A program made the position numbers and the translations under genes. The notes below the pieces were generated by a model. The model was not told where the DNA came from. It saw only the letters and a program-made list of their open reading frames with translations, and made no database searches. From assembly GCA_016713305.1 (NCBI GenBank), contig JADJPK010000008.1, forward strand, positions 360,192 to 424,191: a stretch of DNA of 64,000 bases. Reading direction: 5' to 3'. Source of the stretch: Betaproteobacteria bacterium (GTDB lineage: Bacteria > Pseudomonadota > Gammaproteobacteria > Burkholderiales > Ga0077523). This document shows positions 37,877-46,870 of this stretch, in pieces; within the stretch, counting starts at the first letter, position 1, and each line of letters opens with the position of its first letter.

Positions 37877-38968
37877 ATGACTGACGAAAAATTTCATCGC
37901 ATTCGCGAGATGGCCTATCGGATCTGGATGGACGAGGGCTGCCCTCACGGACGCGACATGGACCATTGGCTGCGCGCCCAGTACGCCGTGGACAGCATCG
38001 GCTCCGAATCGCCCTACGCGACGTCGACGTCGGTGACGGAAGTCCTCATTGGCGCGGAAGAAGCGGCGGAGGAGCGGACGAGGGTGGCGTTGGCGCGCCC
38101 CGGTCCGAAGACCACTGCGCGTAAGCGCGCATCCGGTTCGTCCCCGCGACGAACTGACCTCGCAGAGGCGCGGATCTCCCCCTGCGTGTCCGCATGCGGG
38201 AGGTCTGCCGCTGCCTTTCGTCCAGGAGGTCCGGTGCCGGACGTCGGCCCCTGTGAATACTCGCTCGGGCGTCCCGCCGACAGGGCTTCACCGGTCCTCA
38301 CCGCAGCGCCGCCGCTCCGAGAACGGGGCGCCGCCGGCGTGGGCCGGCTCGGCGAAATTTGCATCCCACCCTTGTGGTCCGTCTTGTCATCGCGCCATTC
38401 CGGCTGCCACGCGATCCGTGTACATTCCCCGGACCGGCCCTGGAGTACGGGCCGGCCACTCGTCCTCGCGGAGATGTTCCATGACGCTGCTGACCACTCT
38501 GAAAGATGTCTTCCGCCCACCGATTCTCCCGGCCGTGCAGCCAGGCACCGGTGTGCAGGTGTGCTTCGGCACGGTCACGGTGGAGGAGGCGCTCGCGGCG
38601 GAAGCCGCGCGATACGACGCCCAGACCGCCAACGATTTCGCCGCCATGGAGCGCCTGTTCGGAGACGACCTCGTGTATGTCCACTCGAGCACGAACGTGG
38701 ACACCAAGGCGAGCTTCATCGAATCCATGCGCTCGGGCGCTGTTCGCTATCGCCGCATGACACTGGGCGACGTCACGGTGCGAATCTATGGCGGTGTGGC
38801 GATCGTCTCGGGTGCCGCGAACTTCGATGTGACGGCCAACGGGCAGGAACTGTCGCTCTCTCTCATGTTTCACAGCATCTGGGCCCAGCGTCCCGCCGGC
38901 CTGCAGTTCGTGTCCTGGCAGGCGACCCGTCTTCCCGCCAGGGCGTGAGACCGCCATGGCCTGGCTGA
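37877..38968 (+). CDS. DUF2934 domain protein; 3' extent doubtful
   Basis: ATG at 37877 after RBS ggagg. MTDEKFHRIREMAYRIWMDEGCPHGRDMDHWLRAQ is a classic DUF2934 motif. Only about the first 110 codons look protein-like, yet no stop occurs in this frame until 38968, so the ORF would fully overlap the next gene in another frame. Confidence 0.45.
   Translation: MTDEKFHRIREMAYRIWMDEGCPHGRDMDHWLRAQYAVDSIGSESPYATSTSVTEVLIGAEEAAEERTRVALARPGPKTTARKRASGSSPRRTDLAEARISPCVSACGRSAAAFRPGGPVPDVGPCEYSLGRPADRASPVLTAAPPLRERGAAGVGRLGEICIPPLWSVLSSRHSGCHAIRVHSPDRPWSTGRPLVLAEMFHDAADHSERCLPPTDSPGRAARHRCAGVLRHGHGGGGARGGSRAIRRPDRQRFRRHGAPVRRRPRVCPLEHERGHQGELHRIHALGRCSLSPHDTGRRHGANLWRCGDRLGCRELRCDGQRAGTVALSHVSQHLGPASRRPAVRVLAGDPSSRQGVRPPWPG
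38481..38948 (+). CDS. NTF2-like/SnoaL-like (DUF4440-type) protein
   Basis: ATG at 38481 in ORF 38049..38948. ...AEAARYDAQTANDFAAMERLFGDDLVYVHSSTNVDTKASFIESMRSGAVRY......V.IYGGVAIVSG......ANGQE....L.F...W is the typical DUF4440 pattern. Confidence 0.75.
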   Translation: MTLLTTLKDVFRPPILPAVQPGTGVQVCFGTVTVEEALAAEAARYDAQTANDFAAMERLFGDDLVYVHSSTNVDTKASFIESMRSGAVRYRRMTLGDVTVRIYGGVAIVSGAANFDVTANGQELSLSLMFHSIWAQRPAGLQFVSWQATRLPARA

Positions 38969-39534
38969 TCGCGGGGCTGGTCGTCTTTCTGGGCGCGCAT
39001 TCCGTCCGGATCGTCGCGGACGGCTGGCGTTCACGGCGCATCGCGGCGATGGGAGAAGGGCCCTGGAAGGGGCTGTTCTCGGTGGTTTCCCTGGCGGGTT
39101 TCGTGCTCATCGTCTGGGGCTACGGCCAGACGCGCATCGATCCCGTGGAACTGTGGCAGCCGCCTCGCTGGACGGCGCACGCGACGGCGCTGCTCACCCT
39201 CCTGGCGTTCGTCCTGATCGCCGCGGCGAATGTTCCCGGCAACCACTTCAAGCAGGTGCTCGGTCATCCCATGGTCGCGGGAGTGAAGCTCTGGGCGTTC
39301 GCGCATCTGCTGTCGAACGGGCGGTTGGGCGATGTGGTGCTGTTCGGGGCCATTCTCGTCTGGGCGATCGTGGACTTCGCCTCCGCGCGGCGACGCGATC
39401 GTGCGGCCGGCAGGCGCTATCCGGAGGGCCGCGCGGGCAAGGATGTCGCGGCCGTCGTCGCTGGCGTCGCCGTGTGGGCGGTCTTCGCGTTCCTGCTGCA
39501 CGGACCGCTCATCGGCGTGCGTCCGTTCGGTTGA
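38956..39534 (+). CDS. NnrU family membrane protein
   Basis: 192 aa with 5-6 hydrophobic segments. MAWLIAGLVVFLGAHSVRIV...GEGPWKGLFS..SL.GF.LIVWGY... and ...HPM..GVKLWAFAHLLSNG.LGD..LFG..L.WA are NnrU hallmarks. Confidence 0.88.
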   Translation: MAWLIAGLVVFLGAHSVRIVADGWRSRRIAAMGEGPWKGLFSVVSLAGFVLIVWGYGQTRIDPVELWQPPRWTAHATALLTLLAFVLIAAANVPGNHFKQVLGHPMVAGVKLWAFAHLLSNGRLGDVVLFGAILVWAIVDFASARRRDRAAGRRYPEGRAGKDVAAVVAGVAVWAVFAFLLHGPLIGVRPFG

Positions 39535-39603
39535 CCGTCCGGGCGTGAGGCCCGCCGCGCGGACGCGCGGCACGGCGGTGGGAAAGTCCGGGGACTGGTT
39601 TCG

Positions 39604-40065
39604 TCAGGGGCTCGGGCCAGGGGTCGCGGGGCCTGACTGCGCCTCTTGCCGATCGTTCCCCTGGAATTGCGGGTCCCACGGACCCATCACCACCTCGGCA
39701 TCGCCGTCGCCCGACCAGGGCGGCATCGTGATGCCGTAGGCGACGAGCGGTTCGTCGCCCTCACAGCGAAACTGGAATCGGGTGCCGCGGGGAATGGTCA
39801 CGCACAGTTCCGGCTCCAGGTCCGTCCAGAGTTCGATCCGGCCATCGTCGCGCCACATTCGTCCGCGGCCGCTCACCACGACCCAGATCTCGTCCGCCGA
39901 CGCGTGCACGACCGCGCGGGAGAGGGCGCCTGCCGGGAGCTCGAATCTCGCCATCGATCCGTGTGGCGTGCGTCCGAGCGGATGCACGCGTGAACCGTCC
40001 GGCGCACGTTCCGGCAGGACATCGCGCACGTGAACGCTCGACGGTGCCGGGCCGGATTCGTTCAC
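39604..40065 (-). CDS. Cupin domain protein
   Basis: The GTG at 40065 overlaps the upstream stop (GTGA at 40062-40065). ...GSMARFELPAGALSRAVVHASADEIWVVVSGRGRMW...VTIPRGTRFQFR..GDEPL is the cupin two-motif pattern. Confidence 0.75.
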   Translation of the reverse strand: MNESGPAPSSVHVRDVLPERAPDGSRVHPLGRTPHGSMARFELPAGALSRAVVHASADEIWVVVSGRGRMWRDDGRIELWTDLEPELCVTIPRGTRFQFRCEGDEPLVAYGITMPPWSGDGDAEVVMGPWDPQFQGNDRQEAQSGPATPGPSP

Positions 40066-40355
40066 TGCGCCGCGGGCGGGTTCGAGGAAGGCAGCGCCTT
40101 GTCCACGCATTCCTTCACGGCGCTCCAGCCGTTGCGCCCGATTTCTTGGATGCAGCGGTCGATCAGCGGTTCGGCGCGGCGGGGATACTTCTCCAACGCC
40201 TGCGCGGCAGGAAGATCGCGGCGGATGCATTCGTGCACGGCCTGCTCGCCCCATTCGCCCATCTCGTGGATGCAGCGCGAAGGAACGAGGGACGCATAGT
40301 CGGCCGCGCAGGCCTGGAAGGCCACGAGGGCCGATGCGAAGGCGGCGTATCGCAT
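40062..40355 (-). CDS. Small secreted protein with an internally duplicated Cys motif (hypothetical)
   Basis: ATG at 40355. Signal peptide MRYAAFASALVAFQACAA. Two repeats are present: RCIHEMGEWGEQAVHECIRRDL and RCIQEIGRNGWSAVKECVDKAL. It is translationally coupled to the cupin gene. Confidence 0.6.
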   Translation of the reverse strand: MRYAAFASALVAFQACAADYASLVPSRCIHEMGEWGEQAVHECIRRDLPAAQALEKYPRRAEPLIDRCIQEIGRNGWSAVKECVDKALPSSNPPAAQ

Positions 40356-40509
40356 CCGGCGTGAGCCCCCTGCCGGCTGCTCGGGACATCGCGCTGCGAA
40401 GGAGAGTCTTGCCGGACGGGCAATTGCATCGTGCCCCGGTGGCCAGCCGTCCCGGTGGGTCGAGCGTCGATCGGTCATGCCTTCCTCCTTGACCCGATCA
40501 GCATAACGC

Positions 40510-43500
40510 ATGAGACCTTCCGGCAGTCTTGACAGAGATGGGGAGATAATTGGCCCAGGAATCGTCCAGCGGTGTTTCCCCGGGGTGGGGAAACGGGCAG
40601 CACGGAGTGGCGGTGACGTGACACACAAGAACGAGAATGCGGGGCGCGACGGCGTCCCGGGATCGGCTCCCGCGGATGCGCTCGCCGTGCTGCGGACGCT
40701 GGGCGCCTGCAGCTACAGCCATCGTCCGCTGACTGGCGAACTGCGGTGGGCCTGCGGACCGGATGATCTGTGCGGACATCCGGCGGAGACCCTGCCGTCT
40801 GCCGTGAGCGGCTGGCTGGACCTCGTCCACGAGGCCGACCGGTTGCGGGTCAAGTTGCACTTCGATCTCCTCGGATCAGGGCCGGATGCCCCGGCTGTCG
40901 ACTATCGTGTGCGCAGGCCGGACGGCACCTTCGACCAGGTTTCCGACCGGGCGGCCGGACACGCCTCTGCATTCGAACCTGGAGCCGCGGAAGCGCGGGT
41001 CGTGCGCGAGATCACCGTCCGCCATCGAGGCGACGAGGCGTGCGAGGCCATGCAGGATCTCCTGCTGCGAACCCTGGACGCCATGTCCGATGGTTTCATG
41101 ATCCTCGACCGGCAATGGCGCTACCGCTACGTGAATCCGCGCTGTGCGCAGATTCTGCGCCGTCCCGTCGACGAACTGGTCGGCCGCTGCATGTGGGATC
41201 TGTATCCCGATGCGTACGATCTTCCCTTCGGCCGGGCCTGCCGGGAAGCCATGGAGACCGGCCAGCCGGCCACCGTCGAGAATTTCTATCCGGGCATGGG
41301 CGTGTGGTTCGAGAACCGGATCCTGCCGTCTGCGGACAGCCTTCACGTCTATTTTCGCGACGTGACCGAACGCAAGCGGATCGAGGCCGAGAAAGACAGC
41401 GCCACCACCGCCATGCAGGAACTGGATACGAGGCTCCAGCTCGCCCTCGAGGTTGGCGAGTTCGGTTACTGGTCGTTCAACGTGGAGACGAGGCACGGCC
41501 AGCTCTCCCCGGAATACCGCAGACTGCTGGGGGATCCGGATGAGCCGCTCGACCACTTCGACCAATGGTTGGAGCGCGTCCATCCGGAGGATCGCGCCGG
41601 GATCCTGCAGACCGAGGCGCGTCTCCTGGCACTTCCGGACGGCGAGCGCGCCGACGTGGAATACCGCATCCTTCACCGCGACGGCAGTTACCGGTGGTTC
41701 GCGGCGCGAGCGCGTGTCCTGGCGGGTCAGGTCGATCGACCGTCCCTCTTCGGCCTCGTGCGCGACTTCACCTCCGAACGCAGCGAGCAGACGGAGCGGT
41801 TGCGCACGGAACGTCGCCTGCAGGACGTCCTCGCCGGCATCCGCGATGGCTTCATCGTGCTCGACGCGCAGTGGCGTTATGCGTATGTCAACGACCGCGC
41901 CTGCGAGCTCCTCCAGCGCAGCCGCAACGAACTGCAGGGCCGTGTTCTCTGGGATGTGTTCCCTCAAGCCCGCAGCCTGCCCTTTCACGCGGCCTGTCAT
42001 CGGGTGCGGGATTCCGGCCGGGAGGAGCGCATCGACCAGTATTTCGCCGTCACCCAGACCTGGTATCGCAACCATATTCATCCCACCGCGGACGGCGGGA
42101 TCGCCATCTTCCTCGAGGACATCTCCGAGCTGAAGCGCAACGTCGCCCACATCGAGATGGAGCAGGAACGCTGGGCCGCGGCGTTCGATCAGGCGACCGT
42201 GGGCTTCGTGATCGTGGACGGCAACGGGCTGCGCTCGCGCGTCAATCCTCGCATGTGCGAGCTGGCAGGGCGTCCTGCGGAGCAACTGGTCGGCTCGCCG
42301 GTGTGGGACGTGACGCACCCTGACGATGCCGGACTCGAGAAGGCGCTCTGCGCCGATCTCCACGCAGGCCGCGTGCCTTCCATCGCGTACGAGAAACGCA
42401 TGCTGCGGCCCGACGGCAGCGTGGCATGGGCGAAGATCAGCAGCACCATGGTCCAACCGGGCGCCGGCCGGGACAAGTTCGAATTGCGCGTGCTGGTGGA
42501 CATCACGGAGCGCAAGGCGGCCGAGGCGGCGCTTCTCGAGGAGCGCGCCCGGCTCGCCGCCACCTTCGAACAGTCCGCCGTCGGCGTGTCGGAGTCGTCG
42601 ATCGACGAGTGCATCCTGCGCGTGAACAAGCGCTTCTGCGAGATCGTCCGGCGTACGGAAGAACAGATGCTGGCGACGTCACCTCCCGAATTGACGCATC
42701 CCGACGATCGCCAGCGCCGCCGTGCGTTGATGGACGAACTGCTCAGTGGCAAGCTCAAGCGCTTCAGCGACGAGCGCCGCATGCTGCGGCCCGACGGCAG
42801 CGAGGTGTGGGTGTCGGTCAACACGTCCCGCGTCGAACCCGGAGATGGCCGCCCGCCGTACTTCTCGTCGATGATCACGGACATCTCGGAACTGAAGGAC
42901 ACCGAGCGGCTCCTCAAGGACTCCCACGACCGCCTCGCCCGCTTCACCGAACAGATCACGCGCGCGATGGAGCAGGACCGGGTGCGCATCGCACGGGAGA
43001 TCCACGACGAGCTGGGGCAGGCGTTCAGCGGGCTCAAGATGGACGTCGCCTGGCTGCGCCGGCATCTGAATCCGGGCGGGGCGCTGGAGATCGAGCCGCT
43101 CGATGAGCGTCTCGGCGCGATGGCGGATTTCATCGACACGACCGTGGGCACTGTCCGCCGCATCGCCACGGAACTGCGCCCCGCGGCGCTCGACACGCTG
43201 GGTCTCGCCGCGGCCTTCCGCGGTTATGCCCAGCAGTTCCAGGCACGCACGGGCATCCGCTGCGAGGTCGACGCCGAGGACGTCGCGCTGGACGACGACC
43301 GTGCCACCGCTCTTTTCCGGATCTTCCAGGAGGCGCTGACCAACGTGGCGAAGCACGCGAAGGCCACCGTGGTCCGCATCCGCCTGGAGCTGGCGGGAGA
43401 CCGCGTGCGGATGACCGCGGCCGATGACGGCCGGGGGTTCGATCCCGGGACGCTGCGCACACCCCGCACGTTGGGAGTGCTGGGCATCACGGAACGCGCG

Positions 43501-43614
43501 GGCCTCCTGGGCGGCGTCGCGCAGATCGCTTCCAGGCCTGGCCAGGGAACCGTCGTGACGGTGGTCGTGCCCGTCCGCGCCGAGTCCGGTCAGGATCCGG
43601 CGCCGGCGGCATGA
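40510..43614 (+). CDS. Multi-PAS sensor histidine kinase (HisKA_3/NarX-DegS type)
   Basis: 1034-aa ORF with about six PAS/PAC-like repeats (recurrent ...DG..YRW...R/…D.TERK motifs). The HisKA_3 H-box is RIAREIHDELGQAFSGLKM. The HATPase_c region reads ...ALTNVAKHA...DDGRGFD...GVLGITERA.LLGG. The start is uncertain (ATG at 40510 or an internal GTG near 40618). Confidence 0.88.
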   Translation: MRPSGSLDRDGEIIGPGIVQRCFPGVGKRAARSGGDVTHKNENAGRDGVPGSAPADALAVLRTLGACSYSHRPLTGELRWACGPDDLCGHPAETLPSAVSGWLDLVHEADRLRVKLHFDLLGSGPDAPAVDYRVRRPDGTFDQVSDRAAGHASAFEPGAAEARVVREITVRHRGDEACEAMQDLLLRTLDAMSDGFMILDRQWRYRYVNPRCAQILRRPVDELVGRCMWDLYPDAYDLPFGRACREAMETGQPATVENFYPGMGVWFENRILPSADSLHVYFRDVTERKRIEAEKDSATTAMQELDTRLQLALEVGEFGYWSFNVETRHGQLSPEYRRLLGDPDEPLDHFDQWLERVHPEDRAGILQTEARLLALPDGERADVEYRILHRDGSYRWFAARARVLAGQVDRPSLFGLVRDFTSERSEQTERLRTERRLQDVLAGIRDGFIVLDAQWRYAYVNDRACELLQRSRNELQGRVLWDVFPQARSLPFHAACHRVRDSGREERIDQYFAVTQTWYRNHIHPTADGGIAIFLEDISELKRNVAHIEMEQERWAAAFDQATVGFVIVDGNGLRSRVNPRMCELAGRPAEQLVGSPVWDVTHPDDAGLEKALCADLHAGRVPSIAYEKRMLRPDGSVAWAKISSTMVQPGAGRDKFELRVLVDITERKAAEAALLEERARLAATFEQSAVGVSESSIDECILRVNKRFCEIVRRTEEQMLATSPPELTHPDDRQRRRALMDELLSGKLKRFSDERRMLRPDGSEVWVSVNTSRVEPGDGRPPYFSSMITDISELKDTERLLKDSHDRLARFTEQITRAMEQDRVRIAREIHDELGQAFSGLKMDVAWLRRHLNPGGALEIEPLDERLGAMADFIDTTVGTVRRIATELRPAALDTLGLAAAFRGYAQQFQARTGIRCEVDAEDVALDDDRATALFRIFQEALTNVAKHAKATVVRIRLELAGDRVRMTAADDGRGFDPGTLRTPRTLGVLGITERAGLLGGVAQIASRPGQGTVVTVVVPVRAESGQDPAPAA

Positions 43615-44240
43615 GGTTTCTCGTCGTCGACGATCACCCGCTCATCCGGCGCGGAATCCGGCAGCTGCTGGAAGAGGCATACGTCCAGGCGGAGGTGGCA
43701 GAGGCCGATTCCGGCGAGGCGGCGCTCGATGAGCTGCGCAGGCAGCGCTTCGATCTCGTGATCCTCGATCTGTCGCTCCCGGGCATGTCCGGGCTGGACG
43801 TGCTGGCGAAGGCCATCGAGCGCCGGCCTGATCAACGCGTGCTCATGCTGAGCATGCATTCCGAGACGGAACTGGGCGTGCAGGCGCTGAGGCTCGGGGC
43901 CCGCGGCTACATCACCAAGGACAACGCCACCGAGCAGCTCTTCGGTGCCATCTCCAAGATCCTCGGCGGCGGGCGCTTCATCACCGCCGAACTGGCCGAA
44001 GTGCTGGCGGACAGGCTCGCCATGCCGCCGCTCGCCCTCCCGCACGAGGCGCTTTCGTCCCGCGAATTCCGGGTGATGCGCATGCTCGCCGCGGGTCAGA
44101 CGCCCACCGAGATCGCGCAGGCGCTGGCATTGTCGGTCAAGACCGTGAGCACCTACCGTTCGCGCATCCTCGACAAGATGGGGCTGCAGAACAACGCGGA
44201 TCTCACCCGCTACTGCCTCAAGCACACGCTGATCGACTAG
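43611..44240 (+). CDS. NarL/FixJ-family response regulator (REC + LuxR-type HTH)
   Basis: ATGA overlap with the kinase stop. MRFLVVDDHPLIRRGI...DLVILDLSLPGMSG...ARGYITKD...LSSREFRVMRMLAAGQTPTEIAQALALSVKTVSTYRSRIL.KMG. Confidence 0.93.
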   Translation: MRFLVVDDHPLIRRGIRQLLEEAYVQAEVAEADSGEAALDELRRQRFDLVILDLSLPGMSGLDVLAKAIERRPDQRVLMLSMHSETELGVQALRLGARGYITKDNATEQLFGAISKILGGGRFITAELAEVLADRLAMPPLALPHEALSSREFRVMRMLAAGQTPTEIAQALALSVKTVSTYRSRILDKMGLQNNADLTRYCLKHTLID

Positions 44241-44418
44241 ACCTGCTCCCGCCACGCGGTGTGTTCGCACCGGCCGGCGATTCTTTCCGCAGGCCTCCCG
44301 GCGGGCGCTGCCGCGGATACCTGTAGGAATCCGCCTACGCCGTCCCCGGCGGTCTCCCACATCGCATCGCGACTTGCACCGATGGGCGCGCGCGGCCGTT
44401 GCGCCGATAGTGCCTCCC

Positions 44419-46607
44419 ATGGAAACCCGCGCAAGCCGGCGGGAGCAAGGGAGACGATCGGTGCGTACGTACGTGGTGGCAAGCAATCTCGCGACGAAGT
44501 CGCGGCTCGTCAAGCGGGTGGTGACTTCACCCGGCGCGTGGCTCGTGGGCAGTTCCAGCGACCCGCGCGAGGCCGTGGACGTCGCGCAGACGACACAGCC
44601 CGAGGTGATCGTCGCGGGCATCGAACCCGAGCAGACGGTCGATCCGTGGATGCTCTCCGAGATCCGCAACTCCGTGCCGGGCGCGATGATCGTCGCCGTC
44701 GTCGACGATCCGGCAGGGGTTCTCGCCCAGTACTGTCGCGCGGCCGGGGCCGACCACGTCATCGATTCGCGCGATGACCGCGAGGGGCTGCATCGTGTTC
44801 TGGCGTCCGTCGTGGCCCAAGCCAGGACCGAGAAGCCGCACGACACGCCGACAGACCCGCGCGCCGAACCTGCCGAAACCGTTCCTGGCATCGATCCCCA
44901 TGAAACGTCCCGGGCGCTTGCCGAACTGCGCCAGGTGTCGGTCGACGACTGCGACGCGATCCTGTGCGACATCGTGTCCGCCACCCGGCGCGTGACCTTC
45001 GTGTCGCTCGGAGCGGAGCGGCTGCTGGGCTTCAAGCTGGAGTGGTGGCTGCAGAACCCGAATTTCTTCCGCGACGTGATGGAGGAAGAAGACCGCGAGG
45101 GCGTGTTCAGGCTGCTCGACATGGTGGCGGCCGACGGTGCGAGCAGGACGCTCGAACTGCGCATGAATACCGCCAACGGCGGCTCGGTCTGGCTCAAGGG
45201 ACGCGCCATGCGCGCGGGAGCGGACAAGGGTTCGGGCACGGTGCGCTGCTTTCTCACGGACATCACCGAATTCAAGCTGGCCCAGGCGCGGCTTGCCGCC
45301 GCGACGACCCGCGACCCGGTGACCGGGTTCATCAACCGGACCGCGCTCAAGGAACTGCTCGGTCAGAAGATCGCGGAGGCAGGCCGGCGCGGGGAATCCG
45401 TGGCCGCGCTGATTCTCACCATCGACCGCTTCCGCCTGCTGCGCGATTCGCTCGGGTCGGAAATGAGCGATCAGGTGCTGATCGGGCTGGGAGGACGTGT
45501 CCGGTCCGCGCTGGGGAGGCGGACATCCTGTGCCGCCACGGCGACGACGAATTCGCGATCGTTCTGGACGACGCCCGCGGCGACGAGAGCATCGCCTGCA
45601 TCGCGACCCGGCTGTTGCGGGGCATCGCCGATCCGATCGAGATAGGGGCAGAGGAATTCCGCCTGACCTGTTCGATAGGAATCGCCCTGTGCCCGCCCAA
45701 CGGCCGGGACGCCGACATGCTCCTGCGCTCCGCCGCGGCGGCGGCCTACGTCGCCCGGCATGGCGGCGGCAACGCCTTCCGCTTCTTTGCCCCGGACATG
45801 AACGATCGTGCCGAACAGAGGTTCGGCCTGGAACGCGATCTCAGACGCGCCATCGAACGGGGCGAGTTCGAACTCAACTATCAGCCTCAGATGGACGCGG
45901 AGGGCACGGCTCTCGTGGGCGCGGAAGCGTTGCTGCGATGGAAGCATCCGCAGCGCGGCGAGATCGAACCGTCCCGGTTCATCCCGCTGGCCGAGGAGGT
46001 CGGGCTCATCACGGACATCGGCGAGTGGGTGGCTTCGGAGGTGACCCGGCAGATGGCGCTCTGGTGGCGCGACGGACTGGCCGTTCCCCGTGTGGCGATC
46101 AACGTGTCCTGCGCGCAGTTTCGCAACGGGTTCGTGGATCACCTCGCTCTCTGCCTGGAGGAGCACGGCGTCCGGCCCGACCGCATCGAGGTCGAGATCA
46201 CCGAGAGCCTGATGATGGAAGACCTGCCCGAGGTTTCGCGCGCCATGGCCCGTCTGCGCGCCATGGGGGTGCGCATCGCCATCGACGATTTCGGCACCGG
46301 CTATTCATCCCTTGCGGTCCTGCAGAGGCTTGCCCCGGATGCGTTGAAGATCGACCGCCAGTTCGCGGATTCCGTGGACACCCATCCGGCGGGAGGCGCG
46401 ATCGTCAAGGCGATCGTCGGAATGGCCGATGCGCTGGGCCTCGAGGTCGTCGCGGAGGGGGTGGAGACACAGGCCCAGTTCCGCTCTCTCGCGCAGCTCG
46501 GATGCACGCTGTTCCAGGGGCGCCTGTGGTCCATGCCGGCTTCCGCCGCGCAGTTCGGGGCGCGCTTTCTCGGATCGTCGCCGATGGAGGTGCCGGTGCG
46601 CGCGTAG
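44419..46607 (+). pseudogene. Pseudo-receiver/PAS/GGDEF/EAL signalling protein, frameshifted inside the GGDEF domain
   Basis: ORF 44374..45645 carries a REC-like region (no DD pair), a PAS domain and the GGDEF start (RDPVTGFINR...ALILTIDRFRLLRDSLG...LGGRVRSALG). The sequence continues in ORF 44964..46607 as EADILCRHGDDEFAIVL... plus a full EAL domain (EFELNYQPQ...EALLRW...EVEITES...IAIDDFGTGYSSL...KIDR...AEGVET). The join lies in the G4 run 45513-45516; with five Gs it would read LGEAD. Confidence 0.85.
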
Positions 46608-46622
46608 CTCCATTTTCCAGTG

Positions 46623-46660
46623 CCTGTCGCCAGCTCACTCCCTCTCGAGCCGGCGACAGG
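46623..46660. terminator. GC-rich hairpin between convergent genes (candidate bidirectional terminator, no U-tract)
   Basis: cctgtcgcc (46623-46631) pairs with ggcgacagg (46652-46660), plus inner gctc/gagc pairing. It starts 16 nt after the EAL gene stop. A second hairpin, ccggagac-N11-gtctccgg, is at 46710-46736. Confidence 0.3.
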
Positions 46661-46870
46661 CCCCGGAGTGCCGGAGTCGGCGACGCAGGCCGAGTCCGTA
46701 CCGGCACGGCCGGAGACGCATGCAGCATGTCTCCGGTGCTCTCTCGTGACGACGCTCTGCGCCGTGCACCGGTGAACCGTCTGCCAACGGCGAACCGGTG
46801 TGCGGGCGTCACGAGTCTTCCCGAGCGTTCCCGAGCCTTCTCTTTCGCTTCTGCCCGCGGCGCCGCCGCG

